In this document: positions 29,848 through 43,298 of the stretch, one piece after another
Position numbering within the stretch: the first letter of the stretch is position 1
Layout of the letters: each line of letters starts with the position of its first letter
Assembly (NCBI GenBank): GCA_951406725.2
Contig: OX597837.1
Coordinates: forward strand, 46,996,001-47,060,000
Direction of reading: 5' to 3'
Length of the DNA stretch: 64,000 bases
From: Octopus vulgaris
Taxonomy: Eukaryota
Translations under genes and position numbers: made by a program
Notes under the pieces: model-generated
Seen by the model: only the letters and a program-made list of their open reading frames with translations
What the model was told of the DNA's origin: nothing
The model's database searches: none

Positions 29848-29990
29848 CGACGACGATGATGATGAAGATGATGGTGGTGATGATGACGATGAAGATGATG
29901 ATGAAGATGATGATGATGATGATGACGATGACGACGGTGACGACGACGACTGTAATGATGATGATGATGGTGATGATGATAGTGATGACA
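28921..29990. repeat. Compound (GAT/GAC/GAA/GGT)n trinucleotide array with a higher-order duplication
   Basis: About 1.07 kb in phase; the marker GACTATGAAGAT occurs at 29117 and 29594. Confidence 0.95.
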
Positions 29991-30228
29991 GCCAAACCGA
30001 AAATTCTCATAGTGATGACAACAGCGATGTCAGCAATGACGGTGATAGTGATGTCGAGCGAGGCATTAAAGCCATGTATGCACATATCTGCATGCACATG
30101 TGTATACGTAAGTGTGCATACGCATGCACGCTCAAATGTGCAAACTGTGCATGCATGAGTATGTAATTGTGTTTGTGTCAAAAAGTATAAAATGAATGAT
30201 AAAAATATAATATAATATGTAAAAACAC

Positions 30229-30673
30229 TACGAACGTTTCATGGCTACAATTAAATTCGAATTACGAACGTTTCATGGCTACAATTAAATTCGAATTACG
30301 AACGTTTCATGGCTACAATTAAATTCGAATTACGAACGTTTCATGGCTACAATTAAATTCGAATTACGAACGTTTCATGGCTACAATTAAATTCGAATTA
30401 CGAACGTTTCATGGCTACAATTAAATTCGAATTACGAACGTTTCATGGCTACAATTAAATTCGAATTACGAACGTTTCATGGCTACAATTAAATTCGAAT
30501 TACGAACGTTTCATGGCTACAATTAAATTCGAATTACGAACGTTTCATGGCTACAATTAAATTCGAATTACGAACGTTTCATGGCTACAATTAAATTCGA
30601 ATTACGAACGTTTCATGGCTACAATTAAATTCGAATTACGAACGTTTCATGGCTACAATTAAATTCGAATTAC
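30229..30673. repeat. Perfect minisatellite, 13 x 34 bp
   Basis: Unit ACGAACGTTTCATGGCTACAATTAAATTCGAATT starts at 30230, 30264 and so on, with no visible variants and no spacers. Confidence 0.97.
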
Positions 30674-30746
30674 AATTAAGTTTAAATTCAATTGAAATTT
30701 ATATATATATATACACACACACGCGCGCGCGCGTACGTGTGTGTAT

Positions 30747-30789
<43 letters not shown>

Positions 30790-31218
30790 CGGTTCTATCC
30801 ATCAGTCAGTAACCTGACATAAACCAAAAAAATGTCCGTGTTGAACCTAAATCCTGTTCTAATTAACATTTGTTATCTCCCTTTCTTCTTCCTTCTCCTG
30901 TCCCATCAACACTGAATGTTTCTTGCCTTGTTGTTGTTCTTGTTGTTGTGGTTGTTGCCATTGTTAATGGTGATGGTGATGGTGGTGTTGGGTGTAATAG
31001 CTTTGTTGTCGGTGGCGGTGGTTGAGGTGATGCTGATAACTGTTGTTACTGATCTTCTTCGTCTTATTGTTCCTCTTGTTAGTGCTGGTGGTGGTGGTGG
31101 TGGTGATAGTGCTGGTGGCGGGGATGGTAGTCGTCGCCGTCGTCGCCGTCATCGTCGTCATTTCGGATACATTGATGGTTACTGTGGATTCTGATGACAT
31201 TGGTGTTGTTATTTTTAA

Positions 31219-31450
31219 GGCGGTGAGCTGGCAGAAACGTTAGCAGGCCGGGCGAAATGCTTAGCGGTATTTCGTCTGCCACTACGTTCTGAGTTCAAAT
31301 TCCGTCGAGGTCGACTTTGCCTTTCATCCTTTCGGGGTCGATTAAACAAGTACCAGTTATGCACTGGGGTCGATGTAATCGACTTAGTCCGTTTGTCTGT
31401 CCTTGTTTGTCCTCTCTGTGTTTAGCCCCTTGTGGGTAGTAAAGAAATAG
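31219..31450 (+). mobile_element. SINE family A, full-length copy
   Basis: GGCGGTGAGCTGGCAGAAACGTTAGC...GAGTTCAAATTCC (B box)...GCCTTTCATCCTTTCGGGGTCGAT...AAAGAAATA. Other copies or fragments at ~398, 16610, 32862, 33650, 44125, 51350, 51560, 55115. Confidence 0.9.
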
Positions 31451-31859
31451 GTATTGTTATTGATGTTAATGGTGGTGGTGGTGGTGGTGGTGGTGATGGT
31501 AGATTGGGGTTAGAGTGATGTTGGTCTGGCGATGGTGATGTTCATGTTGTCCGCATATTCAAATGGTTTCCAGTTTTTTAAGTAACTTTCTTTCATTACG
31601 TATTAGATCTGTGGATGTGCAGCGCGTGTGTAATATGCTGTGTTGCACTGTACACTGTGTCTGTGTTCTTTTCAGTTTATTTTGGTTTGTTGTAAAGACG
31701 ATGAAAGCCAAGAGAGGATTGTTCATGGCCCTTGATGGATCTCATGGACATTGTGTGTGCTCCACTGTCTTCTCTGTATTGTGACCGAGGCGGACATGTT
31801 GCATATAACTTTCTTTTAGTTTTAATCACCAAACTGTGACCATTCTAGAGCATCGCCTC

Positions 31860-32294
31860 TATCCCAAAATGAACTGGATTTTTCTGACATCTCTTTAGCC
31901 CATTTCTTTCTTTTCATGATATTAATTGCTTGAAGGAGAGGTTTTCTTCTAGCTGTTCGTCCATAATAATCAAGCTTATGCAGATATGTAACACACGTTC
32001 TTCGACTAACTTCTAGCTGTTTTGCAATGTCAGAAGCCTTCGAATAGGATTTGTTTTCCACAATTCCCTTCAAACAGTGGAGCTTCCTTTCCGAGGGTCC
32101 AGGTCGGCCCGGAACGAGCAATCTGTTGATTCTTTTTCTTGGCTTTTGAATTGCACTATAATTCTATTAACAGTAACAGGAGGAATTTGAAGATTTTCGG
32201 CAATTTTTCGCTGGCTAGGACCAGCCTCAGGTTGCCCAACGATACGACCTTTTTGAAAATCTGACAGTTCTGCTGAATTTTTTATGCGTGGCAT
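31860..32294 (-). mobile_element. Tc1-like transposase N-terminal fragment
   Basis: [20 protein letters not shown]...[20 protein letters not shown] (paired-like HTH), GRP, GRTARRKPLL...KRKKWAKE...FWDR; one frameshift. Confidence 0.85.
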
Positions 32295-32589
32295 GGTTAC
32301 TCGTCGCAAATGTTTAATTGGTACCTGGAATGAAAAGGAATAATTACATTGTTACAAGAATAGTTATGGGTTTTCTGTTTAGATACTTTTTTACGTCTTA
32401 GCGGGAGGGGAGGGGTGTTTATTTTATTTATTTATTTTTTTGAAACATTGAAATTTTACTATTTTTTTTCTTGCAGAATCTTAATCTCTGTATATTTCTA
32501 CGTATTTCGCCAAAAAGTTTCTAAAAAACGTGAAAAATTAGGGTGGGGGTTAATTGAAATTTTGAAATGCCGATTTTTTTTTTTAAGCA

Positions 32590-33152
32590 AGAGGATGGAC
32601 CCATTTGAACCGACTGCGGAAAGGTTCAAGTTCCTCTCAGAATTGATGAACAATTCAGAATTTCATATGAACAGTATCAAACTTATAATATCGCATTACA
32701 AAGACGATATCGACCACAGATTAATAAATGAGTGATATCAGTTGAAAGAGTATTTACACCTTGGGAAATCGCAGAACTTACAAGAAAACACAGCATCTAA
32801 AATGCAATGTACAGAGGTTCTTCAGTTTATTCATGAGCAACAATTGATTGAAGTGTTCCCTTATATTCTTTTCTACTCTAGGCACAAGGTCCGAAATTTT
32901 TGGGGAGGGATCCACTCGATTAGATCGACCCCAATACACAACTGGTACTTAATTTATCGACCCTGAAAGAATGAAAGGCAAAGTCAACCTCGGCAGAATT
33001 TCAGTGTTCCCTAATATTACCCCTGCACTTAAGCTGTACTTGTCAATGCCTACCACGAGCTGTGAAGCAGAAAAGAATTTCTCAAAGCTTTCCTTTATAA
33101 AAATAAATTTCGGTCTACCATGACTGAAGAGCGCTTAACTTCCTTTACGATC
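32590..33152 (+). mobile_element. hAT transposase C-terminal dimerisation-domain fragment, split by a SINE
   Basis: LQFIHEQQLIEVFP | NITPALKLYLSMPTTSCEAEKNFSKLSFIK / KFRSTMTEERL becomes contiguous after removing the insertion bounded by the AGTGTTCCCT duplication. Confidence 0.85.
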
Positions 33153-33644
33153 TATTTACGATCAGGAACTTATTGTTGTAAACAGTCGCTGAAACAACAG
33201 CTCATATTCGCCAGAAAATTGCTAAAAGCCAGCAAAGCTCAACCAAACTGAAATGCTAAAGGTCTCGGAAAATCAGCAGCAAACGTGAAAGGTGATGAAT
33301 TACTGAAGTAAAGATCATCGATAGAAAGTTATTTTGTGACAATAGAAATAGTTTAGTAAACAACAACATCATTCATGTTGATATACAAGCTTTAACTACA
33401 ACAACATGAATGTGAACAACAAAAATGCCTAAACAAATGTTAGAAGAGATCTCACTCAACTACCAAAGACTGTAGTGCATGGAATATCAAACTTTGCAGT
33501 TTCATTGACCAAATAATATTCCATCTTAAACTACAACAAAATGACATCAAATTGTTATTCACCGGAAAAATGCATTCACGACAGAAAGAAAAATATTTAT
33601 AAAATCGAAAATTAAGAACAAATTCCAATAGCAACATCAAAAAA

Positions 33645-33843
33645 TATTGCTTTCAAATTTTGGCATAAGGACAGCAAGTTCGGGGGTGAGGGGCAGCAAG
33701 TCGACTACATCGACCAACTGAAACCCGAAAGGATGAAAGGCAAAATGAGCGCCAGCGGAACTTGAACTCAGAACATAAAGACAGATGATATACCGCTAAG
33801 CGTTTTCGCCCAGCGCGGTAACAATTCTGCCAGCTCGCCGCCT
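33645..33843 (-). mobile_element. SINE family A variant
   Basis: CCCGAAAGGATGAAAGGCAAA...TTGAACTCAGAAC...TTCTGCCAGCTCGCCGCC. Confidence 0.8.
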
Positions 33844-33976
33844 ACGATATCGGGAAAATATTAAGGGAATAAATAAAAAATATAGAAAACAAAATGAAAA
33901 TCGAAAATATTAAAGCGATCTTTTGATTTAGAGACATATAAATATACAAAAATAATTTGGCTATTCTGAATGATAG

Positions 33977-34017
<41 letters not shown>

Positions 34018-34039
34018 AGAACAAAGTGTACGTACGCCG

Positions 34040-34075
<36 letters not shown>

Positions 34076-35467
34076 CAAAATGAGACAAGAACGCAAAACA
34101 TCCCGACAACTAGGGGATACAAAAAGGGACAATATAACATCCAGATAGACGATACAAAGAAAACAAGGACGAGTCATTCGAAGTTTTCTTTCTTCAGTCA
34201 AGCACCAGATCATCCTTGTAATCTCGGTTGATTATTCTTGAGATTGCTCCATTCTGGCCAGCCCCAAGGGAAAACTAAGCTAAGAGCATTAGATTCCTTG
34301 TTAGAAAGCAGCGAATGTATACAAAAACAAGGACGGAAAAAACGAACAATGTTACACAAATATAAATACAATAAAAATAATAACCGGACATAACAACAGG
34401 TGTCTTTCGACTAAGGACGAATTGAATTAAGCTGGCGCGTGTGGAAATGAAGCCTTACGGCAGAGATACACGAATTTCACAAACACAGGGAAGAATATCA
34501 GTGTTGCACGGACCGCGGTCAAACCAAGAAGGAAAGAGCAAGCAGACTTGGTTGATCGGTCACGTGGGAAGAGAAGAGAGAGAGAGGAGTAGAAGCAGAT
34601 GGACAGAAGAATTAAGGAGGGGAGAGAAAAAATGACATATGAAATATGCACATATACAGGGCCGGATTTAGATGCTATCAAGGCGGCACTTGCCCTGGGA
34701 ACCCCTCGATATTGGGATCTCCTTCATATCGAGCACGCTTCTACGGAGGATATGGAGTATTCAATACAGACAGAGAAGCCCCTCCACTAACCAACGATCT
34801 TGCACGAAGAGGCTGTCTTTCAAATTACAAACATCTCGACATCTTAAAAAATGCAGTTGATTTTCTTTAATGATAAATAACTGTAGATTTTTTCCATTTT
34901 AGCGACATCAATGTATTAAAAAAAACAAAAACAGAACAGCTTGCTACTAGTCCCAAAAAGTAGCTGTAGCTTTTTCTTCTTTAGCGATATCAGTCCCCAG
35001 GCAATTTCCTCTTTGGGGACCGATGTTGCTAAGCAGAAAAAAGGTAAAAGCTACCACTCCTTGAAGGCCAAGGCCGTAGAATTGTGAGTGGAGGGGTTGG
35101 GGTATTTTTTTTTTGTTTTCGTGAAAATGTAAATTTTACAATTTTTTTCAAAATCATAATATCATAATCTCCGTATTTTTCCACGTATTTCGCCAAAAAA
35201 AAAAAAAAAAATCCGGAACAAGCGAAAAATGAAGAAATAGGGTGGGGGTGGGGATTTAAATTTTGAAGTTGCGATTTTCGAACATTTATTTTCAGAATTG
35301 AAATCTACATAGCCGAAAACATTCCGCAAAAAAAAAAAAAAAAAATTGAAGCGGTGGGAGGGGTCCGTTTACATCTCCGGCATATACGCAACAAATCTTA
35401 CACCCTCTTCTTCCTTCATCATACTTTTCACAATGAAAGAAAAGTCAAACCCTGCAAGTGGATAATA

Positions 35468-35622
35468 CAGTTCTGTGTTTAAGGGATGAGGAATTATGTA
35501 CATTATTTACATTTGATGGATATTTGTCCTCATCTTGTTTGTTGTTAACACAACGCTTCGGCTGATATATACTACTCTCCAGCCTTCATCAGGTGTCTTG
35601 GGGGAAATTTCGAACCTGGGTT
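35468..35622 (-). mobile_element. tRNA/hammerhead element, 5'-truncated copy
   Basis: Matches 43040-43190; has no head and abuts a mariner fragment. Confidence 0.8.
35547..35597 (-). ncRNA. Hammerhead family H2, copy with a core mutation
   Basis: Same sequence as 24557-24602 but GAAAC changed to GAAGC and loop II is longer; probably inactive. Confidence 0.6.
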
Positions 35623-35629
35623 GACAAGG

Positions 35630-36345
35630 TAATGAGTCGTACGCTCGTGCACTTCAAAAGCAGGCAACCCTAACGTCTGTATTGAACATGCGGCGTGTCT
35701 CTGCCATATTCGTCCCCTGCCTGCTGACCATTGAGCAGAAAAAAACATCGCGTCGAAGTCTGTCAAGATCTCCGTCAGCATGCCACTGGTGACCCACCCT
35801 TCATGTCGAGGACCATCACTGGTGACGAGACAATGGAAAAGTCTTTCATCTCCACAACCGAGGAAGGCGCGACAGAGTCGCAGCTCAATTAAGAGCGTGC
35901 TCATCCGCAGTATTGCGCATCGGGAATTCGTCCCCCAGGGGCAGACCGTTAATCAAGAGTTCTACTGCGACGTTTTGGAGCGTTCGGGGGACAATATTCG
36001 ACAAAAGCCACCGGGTCTGTGGAGCGCGAAGAAATGGATTCTACCCGACGACAATGCACCCTGCCACCACCCAGTCCTCCTCACTCATGAGTTTCTCGCC
36101 AAAAACAACTGGCCATTACTTTCATATCCGCCCTATTCGCCAGATTTAACACCTGCGGACTTCATCTGTTCCTCAGGATGAAAAGGCCGCTCAAAGGTTG
36201 CTGTTTTAACACTACTGCCGTGATCAAGAGCGATTCGCAGAACGTTCTCGACTCGCTTACGGAAAACCACTCGCAGGAACGCTGGGACCGGTGTGTTACT
36301 GTGCAACGAGAATATTTCAAAGGAAATCATGTTAAAACATAACTA
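35630..36345 (+). mobile_element. Mariner transposase 3' fragment with internal deletions
   Basis: ITGDET, HREFVPQGQTVNQEFYCDVL, WILPDDNAPCH, YPPYSPDLTPADF. Confidence 0.88.
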
Positions 36346-36366
36346 GTCCGACACCACAATTTGATA

Positions 36367-36427
<61 letters not shown>

Positions 36428-36515
36428 GTCTGTCTGTCTGTCTGTCTCTCTATCTATCTATCTATCTATATATCTATCTATCTCTATCTTTCTCTCTCTC
36501 TCTCTCTCTATCTCT

Positions 36516-36577
<62 letters not shown>

Positions 36578-36612
36578 CTATCTCTCTCTCTCTCTCCCTC
36601 TTTCTCTGTTTG

Positions 36613-36748
<136 letters not shown>

Positions 36749-36782
36749 TACACACACACACACAGACACACACACACACACG

Positions 36783-36835
<53 letters not shown>

Positions 36836-37019
36836 GCACACACATTCATGTGTAATATAGCGTTACCAATCAAGCTTGATCAATCAAAATTTCGTTCTAA
36901 ATCATAGTTATCTCCCTTGTAATATATCTATTTCCATCTTGTTAACACCTTCCTTCTCCAACACGTTTTATTTCTGATTAAGCACAGGTTGGTTGTTACG
37001 ATTATTTACTGAAGTATAA

Positions 37020-37052
<33 letters not shown>

Positions 37053-37989
37053 TACATACATACATACATTCACAGGTACATACATACATACATACATACA
37101 TGCATACATGCATGCATACATACATATATACATCTATACATACATGCATACATACATACATACAAACATACACACATACATACATACATACACATGCATG
37201 CATACATGCATACATACATACATACATACATACATACATACATACATACATACATACATACATACATACATACATACATACATACATACATGCATACATA
37301 CATACATACATAAAGCCATACATACATGCATACATACATACATACATACATACATACATACATACATGCATGCATGCATGCATGCATACATACATACATA
37401 TAAAGCCATACACACATACATACATACATACATACATACATACATACAACTGTGCCTGGTCTTGCTCTGTTTTGCTAATATATCTTAAGTAAATACAAAT
37501 ACCTGAGTTCAGAATATTTTTTGGATAAATTGTTTTAAAACGATTCTATCAGTTTTCAGTTGATGTGAGAATGCTGACTCGCGCAGATTTGTCGAATCGA
37601 ATCTCTTCAGAAAACAGTTCAACTGAAGCTTCGAAAAATACGCGAAATAAATAAATAAATAAATAAGAAAGAAATGAAATGAATAAATATATAAACTGGA
37701 ATAAACTTTTGGTTTAACAATTTTTAATATTTTCTAACGGTTCCTGTAAAAATGTGTTTAGTCGAAATGCAGAGCTAAACAAGTAACCGTATTTAATTCA
37801 ACAGTAGCTGACGAAGTGAATATTCACCGAAACTCAAGATGTCCTACCACGTGCCTTATGATATATACATATATACACACTTATTTTCTAAATGTGGAAC
37901 GGAGCTCGTTGTGTGATTTAACCTCGGAGTGTGACCACCTTACTGACACACGTTATATAGATTCAGGGAAGACGTCCAAATATCTCGGT

Positions 37990-38765
37990 CGAAAAATTAT
38001 TAGGGTTACTAACTGCAGAGCAGTCAATTTCCTGGACGTGACTCCAGACTTTAGAAGTGATTCCTGTAAGCTCTTTAGGAAGCAAAATGAAAACTTAGAT
38101 TAACGCAGGATCCTACAGCGCATGTAGTAGTCAAGAGCCTTGTTAAAGGTGTAGGCAAAGAAATCTCTAATCTTTGCTAGGACGGCACCATACTGAGCCC
38201 CCCCCCCTTCGGTCACGACACAGACCATGGGATTGCACCTAGAAAGTTACCCTCCCAGGCACAAGTCCGGGCAAGGTTGTTTATTGAAGACCAGCAGTCG
38301 CCCATGGATACCAGCCTCCCCTCTCCACGCCACCAGTGTTATCCAAGGGAAAGGCAAAGGGGCCGATACAGCTTGGCACCTGTGACGTCGCAACTCATTT
38401 CTACAGCTGGGTGAACTGGAGCAACGTGGAATAAAGTGTCTTGCTCAAGAGCACAACACGCAGCCCGGTCCGGGATTCGAGCTCACAACCTCACAATCGT
38501 AAGCTCGACGCTCTAACCATTGAGCCATGCGCCTTCACACGGCACCATACTATAATGATACAAACAAATCCAAAGGGTTTGAACATAAGCTTGCTTATAA
38601 AACATTAAAGAAATCATGAAAAGAACAAAAGACTGAATGCTTATTTAGTTTTTACCCAATCCTCACTCAACATCAGACAAGATTTTCCTTCACTTAATAA
38701 ATAGGCATTTCTCACTGGAGCACAAATACAAGAAACTATCCATAGACACAGTAAAAGTCACAAAC
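37990..38765 (+). mobile_element. Penelope-like RT/thumb fragment interrupted by a SINE
   Basis: AVNFLDVTPDFRSDSCKLFRKQNE, VKSLVKGVGKEISNL, TAPYYND, KIFLHLINRHFSLEHKYKKL...TVKVT. Confidence 0.75.
38195..38538 (-). mobile_element. SINE family C, full length with a 13-bp target-site duplication
   Basis: A box TGGCTCAATGG, B box GCTCGAATCCC; ACGGCACCATACT duplicated at 38182-38194 and 38539-38551. Confidence 0.92.
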
Positions 38766-39299
38766 TACCTGGACCCGGACGGTAAGTCGATGATACCGAG
38801 TCTGAAAGGATTCAAAAGAAGTGTGCCTTCAGAGTGGCCGTCTATGTCCCATGCCGATCAATTTCGTAGATGCCTTCTGGGGATTGCCCCACTCTTTAGT
38901 ACTCGTACGAGACTGAAATGGTATCTAAGATGATGCTACAAGGATGGTGTAGGGCTATCCGATAGGAGACAGGGTGTGTAAAAACCTCACAAATTCCTCA
39001 AGCATTTTAAATTATTAGTTGTGCCAATGTAGACACTGAGCAACTATGAAGGCATCCAGATGATATCTATATTGGAAATTTGATAAGCCAATGGACATCA
39101 ATAATGTAGAGTGGCCACAATTTCAACAGATCGATTCACAAAACAAATTTGGTGACTTGCATCGGTCGACTGAGACAAATTCTATAGACAAATAAATACC
39201 CAGCTTATAGACAGATACCCGGCTATTGGCAACTGAACACGTTGTGTTTGGTGTTCAAAGCCTACGGAGGCCATATTTGTGAATTAATAAGGCGGTAGT

Positions 39300-40310
39300 T
39301 GACGTAGATGATATTCAATTATCGTTGGTGGAGTGCTCTAAAGCTGGTTGTTTGCTAAGCAAAAATATAGCAATTAAGGAAAATAAATTAACGTGGAAGC
39401 TAATGATCAAATACAACGCAATTAGAAAAGTACAATAGCCGATGTGCTTGCGACGAGAATAGCATAGATTTTGGATCAATTCTTCAACAAAATACGAAGG
39501 TTGTATTGCCAGAACTAAGGCGCGTGTTCTAAGATATGAGGGAAAGCAAGACGTTCGAAGGAGCTGGATGAAAGAGGCATGAAGAACTGGAATGGGCAAA
39601 TACTATTCAATTAGGTGCATGCAGCTTTCCAGCGACACTTTGCTTAGCTTTTCAGGCGAGCGGTGGAGCAGAAATAGTGGCTTTTTGTACCTACCTCAAC
39701 GGCATACTGTGGCATTCGATGGAAGATGTGAAATGCTATTAAAAAAACGATAACAGTAGCTGAGATACGGAAGGCATTAAGTGGTTGTAGGAGAAGCAAA
39801 TCGCTTGGTTTGGATGGTCTGCCTCATGAGTTTTATGTCTTTGCGGAACTTGTTTGTCTCACGAGTTTCATATGTCTTTGCCAAACTTGTTTGCCAACGT
39901 CTTGGTGAACCTCGACAGCAGCTGGCAGTCGAACCGGAGAATTCCCAGATCTGTCGATGAAGTAGGGGTAGCGTTTGAGAAACGACACGAAGAAAGAATA
40001 CGTCATTGATCATTTTCGGCCCTTAATTTTGCTGAATGTAGAGTTTAATATTTTAGCAAAGGTACTTGCAAACAGGCTGGCATTTGTTAGTTTAGTCGGT
40101 AAAACAATTAACCTGCGCGAAACCTTAACAAATTTATCCAAGGAAATTTCCACCGCATACAATACATTGTAGAGTGGGTGGGTAACAAACCTTCATTCGG
40201 TGGTACCCTTAACAATTTGGATCAAGTGAAAGCTTTTGATTAGGGCAGCTATCGCTATTAGGGGATTGTCTAGAAGGCAGCTGGATTTTGGTCCCGTTTT
40301 TAGAGACAAA
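39300..40310 (+). mobile_element. L1/Tx1-like LINE reverse transcriptase remnant
   Basis: ITVAEIRKALSGCRRSKSLGLDGLPHEFY, FRPLILLNVEFNILAKVLANRL, NLDQVKAFD; many disruptions. Confidence 0.8.
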
Positions 40311-41606
40311 AGCATCTCAATGAACAGCGGCTTCTTTCCGGGGGTTAATGGCGTTTTTAGTTTTACAAGGAATTCTATTCCCTGTATGTGCGCGCGCGCA
40401 AATGTGTTTATAAATATTCATTCGGACGATTCCAAGTGAAAATAATCGTAACAATTTCCCGATTTAAAACAAAAGAGCATTTTTTTTTTGTCTTTATGTT
40501 GACCTCACACTTTGTTTCCCCGTTCTTACTCTGTGGTATTTCAATTGCCTTTCCTTATTTTCTGTTTGTCCGTAAAGATAATTAAAAAATTGTTTTCCTC
40601 CTTTATGAAACCCCATTAAATATTATCAAATGAAGCCCCTTTATCTGTTACAGCCAAACATTGTTGCTACTACAAACATGATAACACACACTCATGTGTG
40701 TTTGTGTGTGCGTGTGCATATGTTTGCATATATATGTATGTGTGTGTAAGAGCATATCAGTAATGACTTGACAAGAAATGAACTATTTACATAGAAAGCT
40801 TAGTTAACAACCTAACCACCCTTGCCAACGAGTCCATCCTGTCAAAAGGTACCGTTAGTTTTGTTCTCCATATTTATTTTTTCTTTTCGTCATGTGGTCT
40901 CCTCGCCTATGTCCTTCACACACACACACACACACTTGTATTACTTTATCTTTTTAATTCTTGGTCGTTATGCCTGTCCTACTTGGCTAAGCTGGCTCTC
41001 TATGACTAACAACAAAGACTAGAAACGACTGGCGGCGGAGGAGGGATTTAAATGATAGTTGAAGTAGAAATTGTTTAAATAATGTCAGTCATCTCGCACT
41101 ATTCGGAAGTGACGTAGAGAAGACAAAAGCTGTTAAAATATTCTAAAAATATAGAAAAAGAAATATCGTCCATTAATAAACCCCTTAAAGGACTTCGTAA
41201 AATAAGTACCCACCCCCACACACACACACGCACACCCACGCGAGCGCGCGATGCACACATGATTGAGGAAGGTGGAGGTGCTTTGAAGGACTTCGTATGT
41301 GGAAGATTCTAAATGAATTGAAATTTTCTTTTTAGGCGGCTACACATACATACACACACACATACATACATACATACATACATACATACATACATACATA
41401 CATACATACATACATACATACATACATACATACATACACGATCAGCGGAAACAATGCAAACTTCGACACGAGAAATGAGGAGGCAAAAAAGAAAAAAAGC
41501 GTAACACTCTGTTCCTCATTCATTCATTCTTAAGTGTCTCCTAAGTGTCGAAAGGAAATCGGACAAATACCATTTTCAAGGAAATTCGCGTAAGACAAAT
41601 CTTGGT

Positions 41607-41701
<95 letters not shown>

Positions 41702-42276
41702 ACACACACAAAAACTACGGTATCGTTACAAATATTCGCGATCTCCGGCAACAAAAACAGAGGAAACCCAGAAGATCTTAGAGAGAAGAACAAAGAGTCG
41801 AATACCAATGTACCTGATGGTTTATTTGCTGCGAGAATTTCCAAACTCTAATCTGCTCAAAACCCAAATCGATTCCATTTATTTTCCATAATTAGCAGTA
41901 ATTACTGTTAATTATACATGTGCATAACTCACGGAAACAATAAAATACCTGTGTAATATAGGGAAGAGAAAACCAAAGGAACGAAGCAACTGGATTTTGA
42001 TAATCAAGAAAGGTAAGTTTCCTGTGCTTTTTCTTTCTGTTACTGTTTGTTTGTTTGTTTGTTGAGCGAAGCGGTCTTCGTCCTAGAGCTCGCAAGATCG
42101 CGCCTCTGTAGTGGGAGAAACATGGTCCTTCGCTATTCGTAAGACCCGCAGAAGAGAAAGCCGGTCAACCCCCGACACCGAGAGCATCGACGGATGGATG
42201 AATGCGCATCAAGGCTCAGCGGTTGCGTAGGAAGTCGGGGATTCTGTTGCTCTTAAGTTTCACAGTGAGGGTGAAG

Positions 42277-42315
<39 letters not shown>

Positions 42316-42626
42316 TTCAATTAGTTAAAGAGGGAGCCTCTACGGCATCGCACGATCTGCTAGGGATAGCAGCCAAATCTCCAACAAACTGCACACTAAT
42401 AAAGGCTGTGTCAAACTGAGTCCCGCTCAAGCCCAATGGTCCGTGAAAAAGCTATGGGAAGAACCTCTGATACAATAAATATATTTTATAAAGATAAGGC
42501 ATTCTACATTTTCAAAATAATAAGCCATATGTTGTTCGTTTCTTCCGTTTTTATGTAAATACTCTCTCTAAAACAATTGCTTCATTTAACGTCTAATTAA
42601 AGCCACGATGACGGAGTGGTGTAGAC

Positions 42627-42930
42627 CTGTGCTTCTCAAAGTATCTCAGGTGGCCTACCGGTAGCCTTTTTTGTTTTTTGCCAATGTACCAGGGACCGGT
42701 AATATTTCTTAGTATTATTAATCTATACCGGAAACAGTATATATATAACGATCATAATAAAAGTTGACAATTTTTTTTTTATCTTATATTTATTTTGTAA
42801 ACAAATAATACAAATATTATTTTATAAGCATTTTATAATGTTTCTTTCTTTTCTGGAAACTCGCCGCGTACCGGCAGCTGATGGCTCGCGGACCGGCGCC
42901 GGTCCGCGACCACCACTTTGAGTGGCACTG
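42627..42930. mobile_element. hAT/Charlie-like MITE with an 8-bp target-site duplication
   Basis: Ends CTGTGCTTCTCAAAGT / ACTTTGAGTGGCACTG; flanks GTGTAGAC (42619-42626) and GTGTAGAT (42931-42938). Confidence 0.85.
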
Positions 42931-43039
42931 GTGTAGATCCCGTTGCAACCATGTGGTTTTGAGTTCAGTCCTTCTGTGTGACACTTTGGGCAAATGTCTT
43001 CTATTAAAGTCCCGAGCCGACCAATGACTCGAGTAAATA

Positions 43040-43223
43040 CAGTTCTATATTTATGAGATGAAGAATTATGTACATTATTTACATTTGATGGATATTTGTC
43101 CTCATCTTGTTTGTTGTTAACACAACGTTTCGGCTGATATACTCTCCAGCCTTCATCAGGTGTCTTGGGGGATAATTTCGAACCTGGGTTCTCATTCCTA
43201 AGGTATTTTTCGACGTTATTATT

Positions 43224-43298
<75 letters not shown>

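Noticed and set aside
28760-30181. Long ORFs of 429-473 aa (poly-Asp, poly-Met, poly-Ile)
   Set aside because: Translations of a (GAT)n array that lacks stops in these frames; no domain content.
30229-30673. CRISPR array (34-bp partly palindromic repeats)
   Set aside because: Repeats are head-to-tail with no spacers, there are no cas genes, and the context is eukaryotic.
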